Below are positions 1 to 13,530 of a stretch of 48,443 bases of DNA, in pieces (position 1 is the first letter of the stretch; each line of letters opens with the position of its first letter). The DNA is from Octopus bimaculoides (lineage: Eukaryota). Where the stretch lies: contig NC_068985.1 of the NCBI RefSeq assembly GCF_001194135.2, positions 59,972,081 through 60,020,523 of the forward strand, given 5' to 3'. The notes under the pieces are model-generated. The model saw only the letters and a list, made by a program, of their open reading frames with translations. It was not told the origin of the DNA and ran no database searches. Both the position numbers and the translations under genes were made by a program.

Positions 1-60
<60 letters not shown>

Positions 61-65
<5 letters not shown>

Positions 66-264
66 CTGTCTGTGTTTGTCCCACCGCCCAACATCACTTC
101 ACAACCGATAATGGTGTGTTTACGTCCCTGTAACTTAGCGGTTCGGTAAAAAATAACCGATAGAATAAGTACTAGGCTTACAAAGAATAAGTCGTGAGGT
201 CGATTTGCTCGACTAAAGACAGTGCTCCAACATGGCAGCAGTCAAATGACTGAAGTAAATAAAA
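61..264 (+). mobile_element. SINE family B, 3' half (internal TG microsatellite then conserved tail)
   Basis: Shares gtgtttacgtcc..taacttagcggttcgg..gatagaataagtactaggctt..ggtcgatttgctcgactaaag..gtgctcc..catggc.gcagtcaaatgactgaa with the reverse complement of 18274-18440. Confidence 0.8.
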
Positions 265-265
265 C

Positions 266-342
<77 letters not shown>

Positions 343-804
343 TATATATACACATATATATACACACAAGCACACATGCGCGCGCACTTGATGTGTGCGT
401 TTATCAAAAGCCTCAGAAACACCTGGTAACATGAACTAACAAAAGACCCAATACACGTACAGCGTCTAAATATTTGATTCAAGGGAAATGCAACGTCACT
501 ATAAATTCTAAGTTTCGACGATAGTGAATCGTTAGTCATAGTGTCAGTCATCCTGCATTTTGGGGGCTGAATTAAATACATACTGTATAAGAGGGAATGT
601 AGAGACGCCGAGCTGATCGAGGACTAAACGACAAGAAGTTAATTTTGGTAAACTATTGACGACTGTCTATAGAAGGAGCATCGAATCTTTTCAGTCTCTG
701 TATGACAAAATGTTCATTACTTTTTTGATAATAATCCTGTTAAGTGGAGAATATTATCGAGTGTACACCATATTTTTGTTTTAGGTAAATACTTAGACAA
801 AAGA

Positions 805-856
805 TGCAGGCATAGCTGTGTAGTTATTTAGCTAGCTTTGTAACCACATGCCCGTC

Positions 857-895
<39 letters not shown>

Positions 896-1170
896 CTTTT
901 ATACCTTTATATCTTCCAGCCCAAAGCTGTCCCCATGCAGGGGCACCGCCATTTATATGTGTGTGTGCGCGCGTGCGCGCGCGTGTTCCCACCGCTTGAC
1001 AACCAGTGTTGATTTGTTTACGTCCCTATAACCTAGAGGTTCGGCAAATGGAATAACAGAATAAGTACCAGGCTTATAAAACGGAAGTACTTGTGTCGAT
1101 CCAGTCGACTAAAACCCTTCAAGGAGGTGCTCAAGCATGGCCACATTCGAAGCAAGTGGTAAAAAGATAA
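805..1170 (+). mobile_element. SINE family B, rearranged copy
   Basis: Truncated head (gctgtgtagt..aaccacatg), cccgtcgtat+(TG)n and the same 3' tail as 61-264. Confidence 0.65.
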
Positions 1171-1318
1171 GCAGTGTAATGGTGAATTGCGTTTTATTTT
1201 ATGGGTTTTACATGTANNNNNNNNNNNNNNNNNNNNNNNNNNNNNNNNNNNNNNNNNNNNNNNNNNNNNNNNNNNNNNNNNNNNNCTAACATTTCTGTCA
1301 TAGGTATACCGTTGCCGT

Positions 1319-1686
1319 GGAGGCGCAATGGCCCAGTGGTTAAAGCAGCAGACTCGCGATTTCGATTCCCAGACCGGGCGTTGTGAGTGTTTATTGAGCG
1401 AAAACACCTAAAGCTCCACGAGGCTCCGGCAGGGGATGGTGGCGAACCCTGCTGTACTCTTTCACCACAACTTTCTCTCACTCTTACTTCCTGTTTCTGT
1501 TGAGCCTGTAATTTAAAGGGTCAGCCTTGTCACACTGTGTCACGCTGAATATCCCCGAGAACTACGTTAAGGGTACACGTGTCTGTGGAGTGCTCAGCCA
1601 CTCTCACGTTATTTTCACGAGCAGACAGTTCCGTTGATCGGATCAACTTGAACCCTCGACGTCGTAAGCGACGGAGTGCCAACAAC
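1319..1686 (+). mobile_element. tRNA-derived SINE family A with (AAC)n tail
   Basis: Pol III A-box TGGCCCAGTGG (1329-1339), B-box-like TTTCGATTCC (1360-1369), non-tRNA body, aacaac tail, many intact CpGs, possible imperfect 13-bp TSD. Confidence 0.75.
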
Positions 1687-2586
1687 ATACCATTACCATT
1701 CAATAACCATCACTAAATTGAAGATTTTGAAAGAATTAAAGAATGCTAGGCTAAATTGAGGGTTTAACGTGCAGATTAGGTGTTTAAAAAATGTATCATA
1801 CTGACTGGATAGGAAGACCATGATATCCTATGATTTTATAAGGAGAGTATAAAGAGACTTGGTGAATTCAATAATTTTATTAAAAGGGTTCCTTCATTAT
1901 GTCGCATCCAGAGGCACCTACTTATGTTGTACCTTCTAGTGCTATCTTAATTAGTTCAGAAATAGCAACTGAGGTACACCGTTCCAACGTACTTTACGTT
2001 ACATCAAAGTGATTGTTTACATCTCATAAAATACATGTATGGTTTTCATGTTATATGAAATATATGTAAATCCAATACATTCGTTATATTACAGAGATTT
2101 ACAGAAATGTAATTGCATAGCAAGTATTTTGATCTGAAACGAAAGCGACTGCAGCGTTGGAAAACACAAGTTAACCATTCAGAAACACACAATGGCCGTT
2201 AACTTCAATTAAACATTTGTATTATAGCATCAAAAATTTAGTCCCTCGAAACTGCGACTTTTCACTGACAAAAACGGTGTTGCATTGCGCTATATAGATT
2301 GTTTACATGAAATTTTAGGGCCATCACTTCCGGTCAATTTACTTTCATTTCTTTTAAATCCCGAAACTACACGTTAACTATGTCACGCAAGAATTAAACA
2401 CTCATTTGGCAGACAATTAGACCGCTGTATCGTTTCAAACATTATGTAGAAGCTGTTTTAACTACTTCCTCTTCCATGACAATTGCGACGAGATCAGATT
2501 GATGGAAAGTAGGTAAAGGGATTAATGGATTAATGTTGCAAGACAATTAATAATTCGAAAACTTGTTATAAATGAGATAAAAAAAA

Positions 2587-2760
2587 ATGGCTGTGTGATT
2601 AAGAAGCTCGCGTTGCAACCAAGTCGTTTCGGGTTCAATTCCCTTGCACGGCATCTTGGATGTCTTCTACTGTAACCCCAGGCAGGCAAATGCCTTGTAA
2701 ATTAATTTAGTATACGGAAACTGTGTGGAAGCCCGTTGTATAAGTATGAGCGTATATGTG
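2587..2760 (+). mobile_element. SINE family B, 5' half
   Basis: ggctgtgtgattaagaagc..gggttcaattccc..tgtcttctact..gccttgt..acggaaactg..gaagcccgttgtat matches other copies. Confidence 0.7.
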
Positions 2761-3576
2761 AGTGTATATGTGTCTTCCACTAATTATTGTAAACTCCTAA
2801 ATTGCCACAACGGAGCAGTTTCTGAATTTCAAACTAACTCGTTTGTGGGAAGATATATAAAGAAATCTCAGAAAAGAAATAGGTATATATATAATTTAAT
2901 ACACATTATATGTGTTTATGTGCTACTATTAGTTTCATGTGCTGAGAACATGCCAAACAGTGATTTATAACACATCTGGTGTCCCAGTACAATAAATATC
3001 TCGCTTAGGCAAAACGAGACTGAAAGCTATAGGATGTTATTCTGGTACCCAACTAAGAGTCCACCACATCTTATTGCAGAAACAGCTAATGAAGATCCTT
3101 ACATAACATTTGGGTTTTTCCGCTGTCATCTGTTTGTTTTATGTGTGAGTGTATGTGTGTGTGAATGTGTGTATGTGAGTGTCTGTACAGATAGACACTC
3201 ATGTGCATATATGTATGTGTGCGCGTGTACGAGTACATATACCCAGCCGTGAACAGGTCAGCCTGGGCCGAAACTCTGAATACACTGCAAATATTTGATA
3301 TAATAAACACAGCTACCACTTTACTTAACATATTGAATTGTATATCAGAAAACGTTTGAATCACCCAAAATAATATTTTTACTATATTTTACAAGTCTTA
3401 CATTACATATATGCGATATATGCATATGGGGTGTGGCATATAATGTTGTGTGTGCTTCCACTTACACTTGTTGCCCCAATGGCCAGCTGCTACAAACTTC
3501 GTAGTTGTTGAGATGAAGGTTATTCATTTCTTCCATAGCACATTTCAAGGAAATGCGAGGAAACCACTAACCACTC

Positions 3577-3577
3577 A

Positions 3578-3650
<73 letters not shown>

Positions 3651-3815
3651 ACACACATACACACACACACACGTACACGCACACACAAACACACATACTT
3701 ACGCACCCACGCGTGCGCACACACACACATGCGTACGCACTTACACACACATGCACATATACGCTTGCGCACGCACACACACACACACACGCACACACAC
3801 ACACGCACACACACT
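3577..3815. repeat. Compound (CA)n/(CACG)n microsatellite
   Basis: Direct reading; source of the His/Thr- and Cys/Val-rich pseudo-ORFs. Confidence 0.95.
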
Positions 3816-4445
3816 GACATACACTTGTTTTTCAACCAGTAAAGCGTCTTCACCATGCAAGCTCGGATGGGTTACCAGTTTGATCGCAGGATCTAAATCA
3901 CACAGTATGTCATACTAAGTTATACGTTGCAAGCATATGATATTGCGAGGTTTGAAAAATCCTTGAGCTATTTTAGTGGTCTCCTCCATTCTTGTACAAC
4001 TCAGATGTCATGATTTTATGTTGCGGCTGGATGTGTATTCTTTTTTTTACATTATAAAAACACAATCTGCATGCTAGTGTCTCTACATCACCGTCAAATT
4101 TGACGGGTGAACTATCAACTTGTATGCATGTTGGTAGGTAGATATGTCGAAATCACCATGATATCCGTTAGGCAGCTGACGAGAGAAGTCCGCAGTTGTG
4201 TTAAACTGGAATTAGTTCGATCGTTATCTTTCTGTTGTTACTGTACGTTAGTTTGCTTTCTTGTTTTCATTTAGTTATACAGGTTATTAGATCATTTTTG
4301 TTCCTAGGTGACGTTACTTATAGGTTTAGAAATAATTATTATTCATCAATTATAGATTAGCGTTGTCAGATTGTCATTGTGATGTGAATATGAAACGTAT
4401 GTATATAATGTGTGCGTGTGTGGTGTGTGTGTGTGTGTGTGTGTG

Positions 4446-4599
4446 AACTGTGTGTAAGAAGTTTATTTCCCAACCACATGGTTCCGAGTTCAGTCCCAAT
4501 GTGCAGCACTTTTGGCAAGTGCCTTCTCCTATAGCTCCGGGCCGACCAAAGCCTTGTGCGTGGATTTGGGTGACGCAAACTAAAAGAAGTCCGTTGTGT

Positions 4600-4669
<70 letters not shown>
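4446..4669 (+). mobile_element. SINE family B, 5' half ending in (TG)n
   Basis: ctgtgtgtaagaag..cccaaccacatggttccgagttcagtccc..ggcaagtg..gggccgaccaaagccttgtg..gaagtccgttg+(TG)n. Confidence 0.8.
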
Positions 4670-4671
<2 letters not shown>

Positions 4672-4894
4672 CAAAACTGACCTAAGGGTAAAGACTCACA
4701 ATGCCCAGTGACATGGATACGGATAATATAAGACAAACAAAGATGTACAAGTTGTGAACCTGATTTATTCAAATTCAGTTTCACTTCGACAAAAAGTAGA
4801 CAAACGCCTTGTAGCAGTTGTGACTAACTCTAAATAAAAAGAGATAATCTCCAGGATCAAGGATTTCCCTGAACTGACAGGACATTAAGTTACA

Positions 4895-5646
4895 GAATAA
4901 AGATTATTTGCCAACATAACGTGGCAGTCGAATGTTACTGTTATTTAGCCCCTGGAAACCTCGTCTCTAGCTGGTTATACGACACAATATGTGTCCTTAT
5001 ATTTTCGACCAAGGGAGTTTAGCATCCCCACTCAGCACAAAACAATATCTGTGTATGGCGATTTCTGAGTTACTTCCCTTTATCAGCGCAGAATAGCTGT
5101 TTGGTTAGAGGTGGCGGTGCTAAACTTTTGTTCGAAATATAAAGTCTTCAAAGTGACACGCAGTCACTGATCTAATAAAATAGAAAATGTCTATTTGTAA
5201 ATTTCTCAACGAGAGATATTCAGTAACAGTACTCTTGAATAAAGATTATTTGCCAACATAACGTGGCAGTCGAATGTTACGGTAATTTAGCCCCAGGAAA
5301 CATCGTCTCTAGCTGGCTATACGACACAACGTCTTTCGTCGAGAGATTTACAAATTGAAATTTTCTGTCTTATTAGATCAGTGACTGCGTGTCATTTTGA
5401 AAACTATATATTTCGAACAGGAGTTTTATCAGCGCCACCTCTAGCCGAACAGTTATTCTGTGTTGATGAAGAGAAATAACCCAGAAATCGCGATACACAG
5501 ATATTGTTTTGTGCTGAGTGGGGATGCTAAACTCCCTTGGTCGAAAATACAAGGACAGATACTGTGTCGTATAGCCAGCTGAAGACGAGGTTTCCTGGGG
5601 CTAAATAACAGTAACATTCGACTGCCATGATATGTTGACAAATAAT
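4895..5646. repeat. 342-bp-unit repeat arranged as 1.3 tandem copies plus one inverted copy (fold-back)
   Basis: gaataaagattatttgccaacataacgtggcagtcgaatgttac at 4895 and 5237 (period 342). 5337-5646 is the reverse complement of 4903-5211. Confidence 0.9.
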
Positions 5647-5862
5647 AGAAACTTTCAATTAAGTCACAGGGTTTCTTTAATTTGGAGACAAGAGGACAGC
5701 TGTTGCCACCTGTTTTTTCCTGTCCCAATAAGCATCATTAGCACAGCTGTTGTCTTACTTTCACTCTAGACACACAAAAAGATTAGAGAACTTTTATGGC
5801 CACGCATAAAATTTCAGTTGTTCGTGTGTGTTTGTGTGCGTGCGTGTGTGTGTGGGGGGGTG

Positions 5863-6365
5863 TATCTTTTGTTTCAATCATTAGACTGCAGCCATACAGG
5901 GACACCACCTTAAAGAATTTTAGTCGCACGAATCGACCCCTGGTACTTTTTCTATCGGTCTTTTTTGCCAAACTACTAACACACCAACAGCGGCTATTAA
6001 GTGACGGTGGGGAACAAACACAGGCACAAAAACTCCGCGCGCGCTATTGGGGATTTCTTTTCCGACGATGAGTTATACTCGAAACATCAAAAACTCTCTC
6101 GTTTACTGAGCGTCAAACTAATACATTCCTAGTGCACGTCCTTCTGTTGTTCGCTATTGTTAATTTTATTGTTCGTTTAGTTGATTTGACAATGTATGTA
6201 TGTATACGACGAGCTTCTTTCAGTTTCTGTCAACCAAATTCACTCAGACGGCTTTAGTCAGATTGAGTCTATACTTGTAGACATTTGCCACAACATGTCA
6301 CTCAGTGAGAATGAGGACGGAACCATGTGGTTGGGAAGAAAACTTCTTACCAGAGGGCCACGCCT
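5863..6365 (-). mobile_element. SINE family B, split copy (3' tail 5863-6035, head about 6290-6365)
   Basis: ttgtttcaatcattagactgcagcc and ggaaccatgtggttgggaag..cttcttacca are the minus-strand signatures of family B. Confidence 0.6.
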
Positions 6366-6602
6366 ACATATATACGTATATAAGGAAAACCAAATACATA
6401 TTTTTCGTTCAATGCAAAGGGGCACGACTAATAACTTTGTTGAAGTGCCATTCCGACATATTCCACAACATACATTACGTAATTTTTCGAACGGAATAAT
6501 TTACACGCAAATGTGGTTAGAAATGGTGTGGTACAGAAACAACTGAAGCGAATAACAAAGTTGTGCACATCTTCATCTTCTTACATCTAAAAACTAGATA
6601 GA

Positions 6603-6609
6603 CAAAAAT

Positions 6610-6647
<38 letters not shown>

Positions 6648-6649
6648 TG

Positions 6650-6680
<31 letters not shown>
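6603..6680. repeat. (GATA)n followed by (TG)n microsatellite
   Basis: Direct reading. Confidence 0.9.
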
Positions 6681-6682
<2 letters not shown>

Positions 6683-6685
6683 ATT

Positions 6686-7297
6686 TAAAACATCATTTAC
6701 TCTGGGCGTTTTTTAAGAAAATTCTTTATTTTCGAAGTTATTTCGTGTCGAAGTTGTCGTATTTCGGTAATTTCAACCAACCAATGACGTCTATTGAGGT
6801 GAAAACAATTATTGCTGTGGTTTGTCAACAAGACGTTCTGGCGGTGTAAATTTACTTTGTCACTGTTATTTCTGATATATTTACATTTGAGATACACGTG
6901 TATATAATTTAATCAATTCAGTTATTAGTTATTTTTAAAAAAATTTCAGTTTATTTTGTTTGTGGAAGTATTTTTGTTTTGTTTAAGCGTTTTCGAAATT
7001 GCCTATTTTGGGATCTTTTCCCTTGAATAAAATTACTGCCGTTGTTTGTCAACAACAACTATCGGCGGTATATATTTCGTTTGTCACTGTTATTTATGAC
7101 ATCGTTCGTGCGTTTGTACTGGTTTTAGCTTTAAGGTTTTAGGGTTAGGGTTCGGGTTTTAGGGTTAGGGTTCGGGTTTTAGAGTTAGGGTTAGGGTTGG
7201 GTTTTAGGATCAGGGTTAGGGTTTTAGGGTTAGGGATAGAATTTTAGAGTTAGGGTTAGGGTTAGAGTTAGGGTTTTAGGGTTAGGTTAGGGTTAGG
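6686..7297 (+). mobile_element. Unclassified interspersed element ending in a telomere-like TTAGGG tract
   Basis: A roughly 105-bp domain (6687-6791) is homologous to the reverse complement of 23592-23695. Internal duplication (about 6818-6880 vs 7044-7102). Variant telomeric tract at 7137-7297. Confidence 0.6.
7137..7297 (+). repeat. Interstitial telomere-like repeat (TTAGGG with TTTTAGGG, TTCGGG and TTAGAG variants)
   Basis: Direct reading; includes a 20-bp higher-order unit ttttagggttagggttcggg x2. Confidence 0.9.
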
Positions 7298-7644
7298 ATT
7301 TTATATATGGAGGATATATGGCTATATATTTTATATATGGAGGGTATACGGCTGTATATATCATGTATATATACGTGTGGGTCATGAGCTTCACCAGAAC
7401 CCGTAATCATGTGTGATTACACATATTGTGTATAATACAACGTTGTGGCTAAAGTTAGTCTGAACTCCAAGTATGTTAAAGCGAGATTATATACACTATT
7501 GATATCAGCGATGTATGATTACATAAATAAGTGTTTATAACAGCCATGTATCATTACAAATATACACTATGTTTATATGAGCAATGTATTATTGCTTGTC
7601 TCTCTCCCTCCCCCTCTATCTCTTTTTCTCTCTCTCTCTCTAGT

Positions 7645-7648
7645 AAGT

Positions 7649-7713
<65 letters not shown>
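7645..7713. repeat. (GATA)n microsatellite
   Basis: Direct reading. Confidence 0.95.
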
Positions 7714-7714
<1 letters not shown>

Positions 7715-8559
7715 TAAAACCATATATCGGTAATACATACGATATGTTTATATTAATCGATGTATGATTACATATAAACGTGTTTATATCAGTTATGTAT
7801 AATTACATATAAACACTGTGTATATATGAGGTATGACTATATATGTGTATATGTGTNNNNNNNNNNNNNNNNNNNNNNNNNNNNNNNNNNNNNNNNNNNN
7901 NNNNNNNNNNNNNNNNNNNNNNNNNNNNNNNNNNNNNNNNNNNNNNNNNNNNNNNNNNNNNNNNNNNNNNNNNNNNNNNNNNNNNNNNNNNNNNNNNNNN
8001 NNNNNNNNNNNNNNNNNNNNNNNNNNNNNNNNNNNNNNNNNNNNNNNNNNNNNNNNNNNNNNNNNNNNNNNNNNNNNNNNNNNNNNNNNNNNNNNNNNNN
8101 NNNNNNNNNNNNNNNNNNNNNNNNNNNNNNNNNNNNNNNNNNNNNNNNNNNNNNNNNNNNNNNNNNNNNNNNNNNNNNNNNNNNNNNNNNNNNNNNNNNN
8201 NNNNNNNNNNNNNNNNNNNNNNNNNNNNNNNNNNNNNNNNNNNNNNNNNNNNNNNNNNNNNNNNNNNNNNNNNNNNNNNNNNNNNNNNNNNNNNNNNNNN
8301 NNNNNNNNNNNNNNNNNNNNNNNNNNNNNNNNNNNNNNNNNNNNNNNNNNNNNNNNNNNNNNNNNNNNNNNNNNNNNNNNNNNNNNNNNNNNNNNNNNAT
8401 ATATATATATATATATATATACACACACTGTTTATATCAACGATGTGAAAGCAATTACTTTGGGTAAATGTGAGCGTTGTGGCCAAACTAGTCAGAACTC
8501 TCAAGTACATTAAAAATGACCGTCTTATCGTGAAATGGCTACCATCACCACCCCCACCA

Positions 8560-9507
<948 letters not shown>

Positions 9508-12500
9508 TAAACTTACTCCACATACAAATCAACTTCTACTGCGTATACAATGAAGCTATCTCACTTTCAATATATATATATATATATATAAACATACAGA
9601 CACAAGCCGCTAAAAGAAAAGCAACTTCAGTATCTAGCAGCATGTACACTGACACATACATACATACATATAAATAAACACACGTAAGTGTTGCGTGTGA
9701 TTATTAGTAACTACGACGACTTGTTTTTTTCTTTTGTCCTCATGTTTTATACTTTGTACACACACATACGCACACACATATATATGTGTGTGTGTGTCAA
9801 TAGACATACGCACACTTGTATTATGTATTCAATTACGTCTGGGGGTTTTTAAATCTATTCTTGTACAACTAAACCATAACCGTCAAGTGACTTAACATCA
9901 ATTATTCATATTTTATGTTTTACGCTTATCTTATGACCAAACATTGATATTATTTATAATAATAATAATAATCTTTATAGAGACGAAGGTAGTTATGTAT
10001 CAAGGTGCGTGTTGTAGTTCTAAATTCACAGACGACACACTAATGTCTAAAATATTGTAATATGTTAAAACATATTTCTATAAAGTAGTGTCGGTTATAT
10101 ATTTAAGTCTTGGGGGGTTTATTTGATATGACTGGTGCCAACAAGTGACGTAACTGTTCTTAATTGTCTTCTAATTGTGTGTGTGTCATATATATATATA
10201 TATATATATATACATACATACACGCGCGCACACTGTATATTTGGTTAAACTTTTGCAGACTTGGTCTTAACTTTATCATAGAAGAATTGCAGGTTTTGTT
10301 TTAATTTTAATTCCTCCTACTTAACATGGGGTAAAATAGAAAATGCGAAGACGTGTACACGTTTCATTTCCTGTATGTGTATATATAATGTAATTGTTCG
10401 TGTGGATGGATAGATAGATAGATAGCTAGATAGGCACATGATTATCATGCTTTTCTTTTCTAATTTCAACTATTGATAATATTTTCATTCACCCCCAAAA
10501 TACGCTTATATATACACACACACACGTACATACATATGTGTGAGTGTATTATATATATGTTATTTGTTGGTTTATGTTTAGTTTCAGAAATCTTAAAAGC
10601 TTCATCTTGGCCAAACTCCATTTCCGTTATTTCTATAAATATTCCTTAAACATTGATAACACCCAAACAACATAAATTCCACATCTTTTTCTCTCTTGCC
10701 ATCTTTCTGAACTATTATTAAGCAAATTCTTTATCTTGAAAATAAATTTACCGAGAGAATGTTTGTTAAAGACAAAAAATAATGTTTTCACGTGAATTTT
10801 GGATTGTTTCCAGCGTCAAACAATTTTAATTCAACCCATCAAGATTATGATTCTGCTCGACGTTTTTATTTTTTTATCAATTAATGCAGCCTTAAATTAC
10901 ATTTTAGTTCTTTAGGTTTACTTTGGTCATCAGAGAAAGCCAAGTCAATGCTGGAACTTTCAATACTATTTCATTCAAGGAATCCTATGTATTATATACA
11001 TATGCACCCCTATATCTAATATTTAATTCCAAACATCAATTTACCAATATACACACTTGTATGTATCATTTTACTAACACATTATAGTGATAGCTTGTAT
11101 ATACACACATATATACAATCTCATTCTTTTATTTCATGTCGGTCCTTAAAAGATGAGGAAGATAAATGAGATTTTCTAAAACAAGATTATCGATGATACA
11201 ATCGCTTCTCGGATTAACCATGTGATCACTTGTTTTTCTTGAGGTTCATTCAATAAACAAGGGGATCGAGGTTTCCCAACAGCAGTCCGAGCAGTGATAC
11301 GAACCCAATTCGTCACATTACCTCCAAAGGTAACAACAATGCAGATCCAAGTTGGTATTCGGTGGAGTTTTCGAACCTTTTACCTGTATGTGATCCTTGA
11401 ATCAATATTTTACCGGTGATCAATATGTTCAATTTGTAACCATTACTACAAGGCCATGTCGGAGCACCGCCTTCGCCGTTGTACGCTGTACATACATTAC
11501 GTACGTACACACATTTCTGTATTCCCCATTAAGGAAAGCCATGGTGTATAATCACCGTGTCCACCTACGGATATGAGTGTGTGGGGGGGGGGTATATACA
11601 TTCATATACACACACATGCGTATGTGTATAGAACATACAACTTTGAAGACGGTGCTCCAACATAGCCTTGTAATGCGGACTACGAAAACCTGAATACAAT
11701 CACCGGTAAAATATATATGTGGATCAGTCAAATGTTGTTCCTGTTTCAACTAATCTTCATACCATCACCTTCTGTCTGCTGAGAACGTATGAGATATATA
11801 TGAGCTATATACAATACAAACGCGCGCGTGTAAATATATGAGTATATACGCAAATCCTAGGGATACACTGATATGATAGATTAATAGGCGATTCAACGAA
11901 TCCCGTCCTATCCTCGAGCACCGTGTACCCATAAACACATTATCCACTGACCTTTTCTTAAACAGCAGTCGCGGTTTTGAGTACATGTGGTTGCGTTTTC
12001 TAGCAAATCTAGGGACCACTTAGAAGATATCTTTCGATCCGTGATTTTTTTTTTTTTTTATTTCTTTAACTTTAGGTAAAGCCGGTCCTGATCAAGCAGG
12101 CCGACCAACATAAGCGTTCTAAAGATGATCATCCCGCTTTTTCATTAGATATAGTATGACGAGAACTACAATTATCCAGTCTATTCCTTGAGTAAGATTT
12201 GGCTGTTGTTTCTAGCTGGTTATGTGACCATATAAGAACTTGTGTATATAAAGTATTACATAAATGTATTTGTAAATGGATGTACTTCTTATTGTGTTTA
12301 TCTGTGGCCGGCTAAATATGTACTCGATAACCTTTATTGATGTTATCAGACTGATAACTAACCGGCTTCTTCAATTAAATCAACATTGAACTACCATAAC
12401 AATCAATTTGATAACAACATCTATGATAATAATAACAATGATTTTTTCTGTTGCGTGGGTGTTTCCTCACGCAACTAGTTTGGAAATTGCATGTTAAAAT

Positions 12501-13124
12501 GTTAACGTATCAGTTAATACTGTCAGCTGTGTGTTAGGTCTTCATTGTGTCTGGCGTAATTTCAGATAATCAGAATACATAACGTAGATACATGCATGCA
12601 TGTGTTGTATGCATTCAGTTTTATATACTTGTATGTATGTTTACTGTGTGTGTAACATACATACACACACACACACATGAAGGACAGTTAATTCCTAGTT
12701 TGTGCCCATTGATGTGAAAACGGGCCTATTAGTATCGGGTTATGGGAGGGTTGTATCCATATATAATGTTATTTACACACACATTTCATCTTATGTATAC
12801 ACACACGCGCGTTACATGCATGTGTAAAGTGCATCATATGTCCCAAAAGTAAAATATCTAACAGTCAGGATGATGTACCTAACGAGACACAAATCGTTTA
12901 CCTCTTTTATCGCCGGCAACCTGTATATAGTCACTTGACCTGTTATGAAATAACAACCAAATATACCTCAAATAATATTCTTATCGTTTAAAGATAAAGG
13001 AAGGACACGTTGGACAAGCACTGTATCTGAAGACGGGTCGGTCATAAAAATACATGTATTGTCTAGAGTTACTTTTGTATGCATTTACGAGCGTGTAAAT
13101 ACACTGGTTTATATACACTTAATT

Positions 13125-13530
13125 AGGCGCGTGGCCTAGTGGTTAAGGTGTTGGTATTGCGATCGTAAGGTTAGCGGTTCGATTCATGGACTGGGCGGCG
13201 CATTGTATCCTTGAGTAAGGTGCGCCATTTCACGTTATTCTACTCTGCTGAAAGGAGTGCAAGCCTAGTGCTGGTGCAGCTCTCCACCCGCAAAGGCCCA
13301 TCGTTAGACTTTCATGCCTAGGAGTGCTTCAGAATATTCTGGGTGGGCATTAATTTCTAATAATGCTAAAGTGGAGTTTCGACATAAGTGTATCACTGTA
13401 AATCTGAGGGTGCACCATTGAATAGTAAGGGGTCAATGCCGTGCAGTACACCCCCTTAACGACGGGCATAAACCTGCAGTTGTCTCATCCTCGATATGTT
13501 CCACTGGGTCGAGGATGAACTTATCCGGTC
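13125..13530 (+). mobile_element. tRNA-derived SINE (distinct family) with 3' hairpin
   Basis: A-box TGGCCTAGTGG (13132-13142), B-box GGTTCGATTC (13176-13185), then a tccttgagtaagg central-domain-like motif and a non-tRNA body. The 3' boundary is approximate. Confidence 0.65.

Noticed and set aside
1319-1400. tRNA-like heads at 1319 and 13125 as tRNA genes
   Set aside because: A and B boxes are present, but there is no complete cloverleaf, and they continue into SINE bodies.
3450-3856. His/Thr- and Cys/Val-rich ORFs (many across the window)
   Set aside because: Translations of (CA)n/(TG)n microsatellites.
7793-8513. Long ORFs spanning N-gaps (also 22911-23574, 28876-29278, 37176-38198)
   Set aside because: They are open only because N codons contain no stops; the flanks are TA microsatellite.
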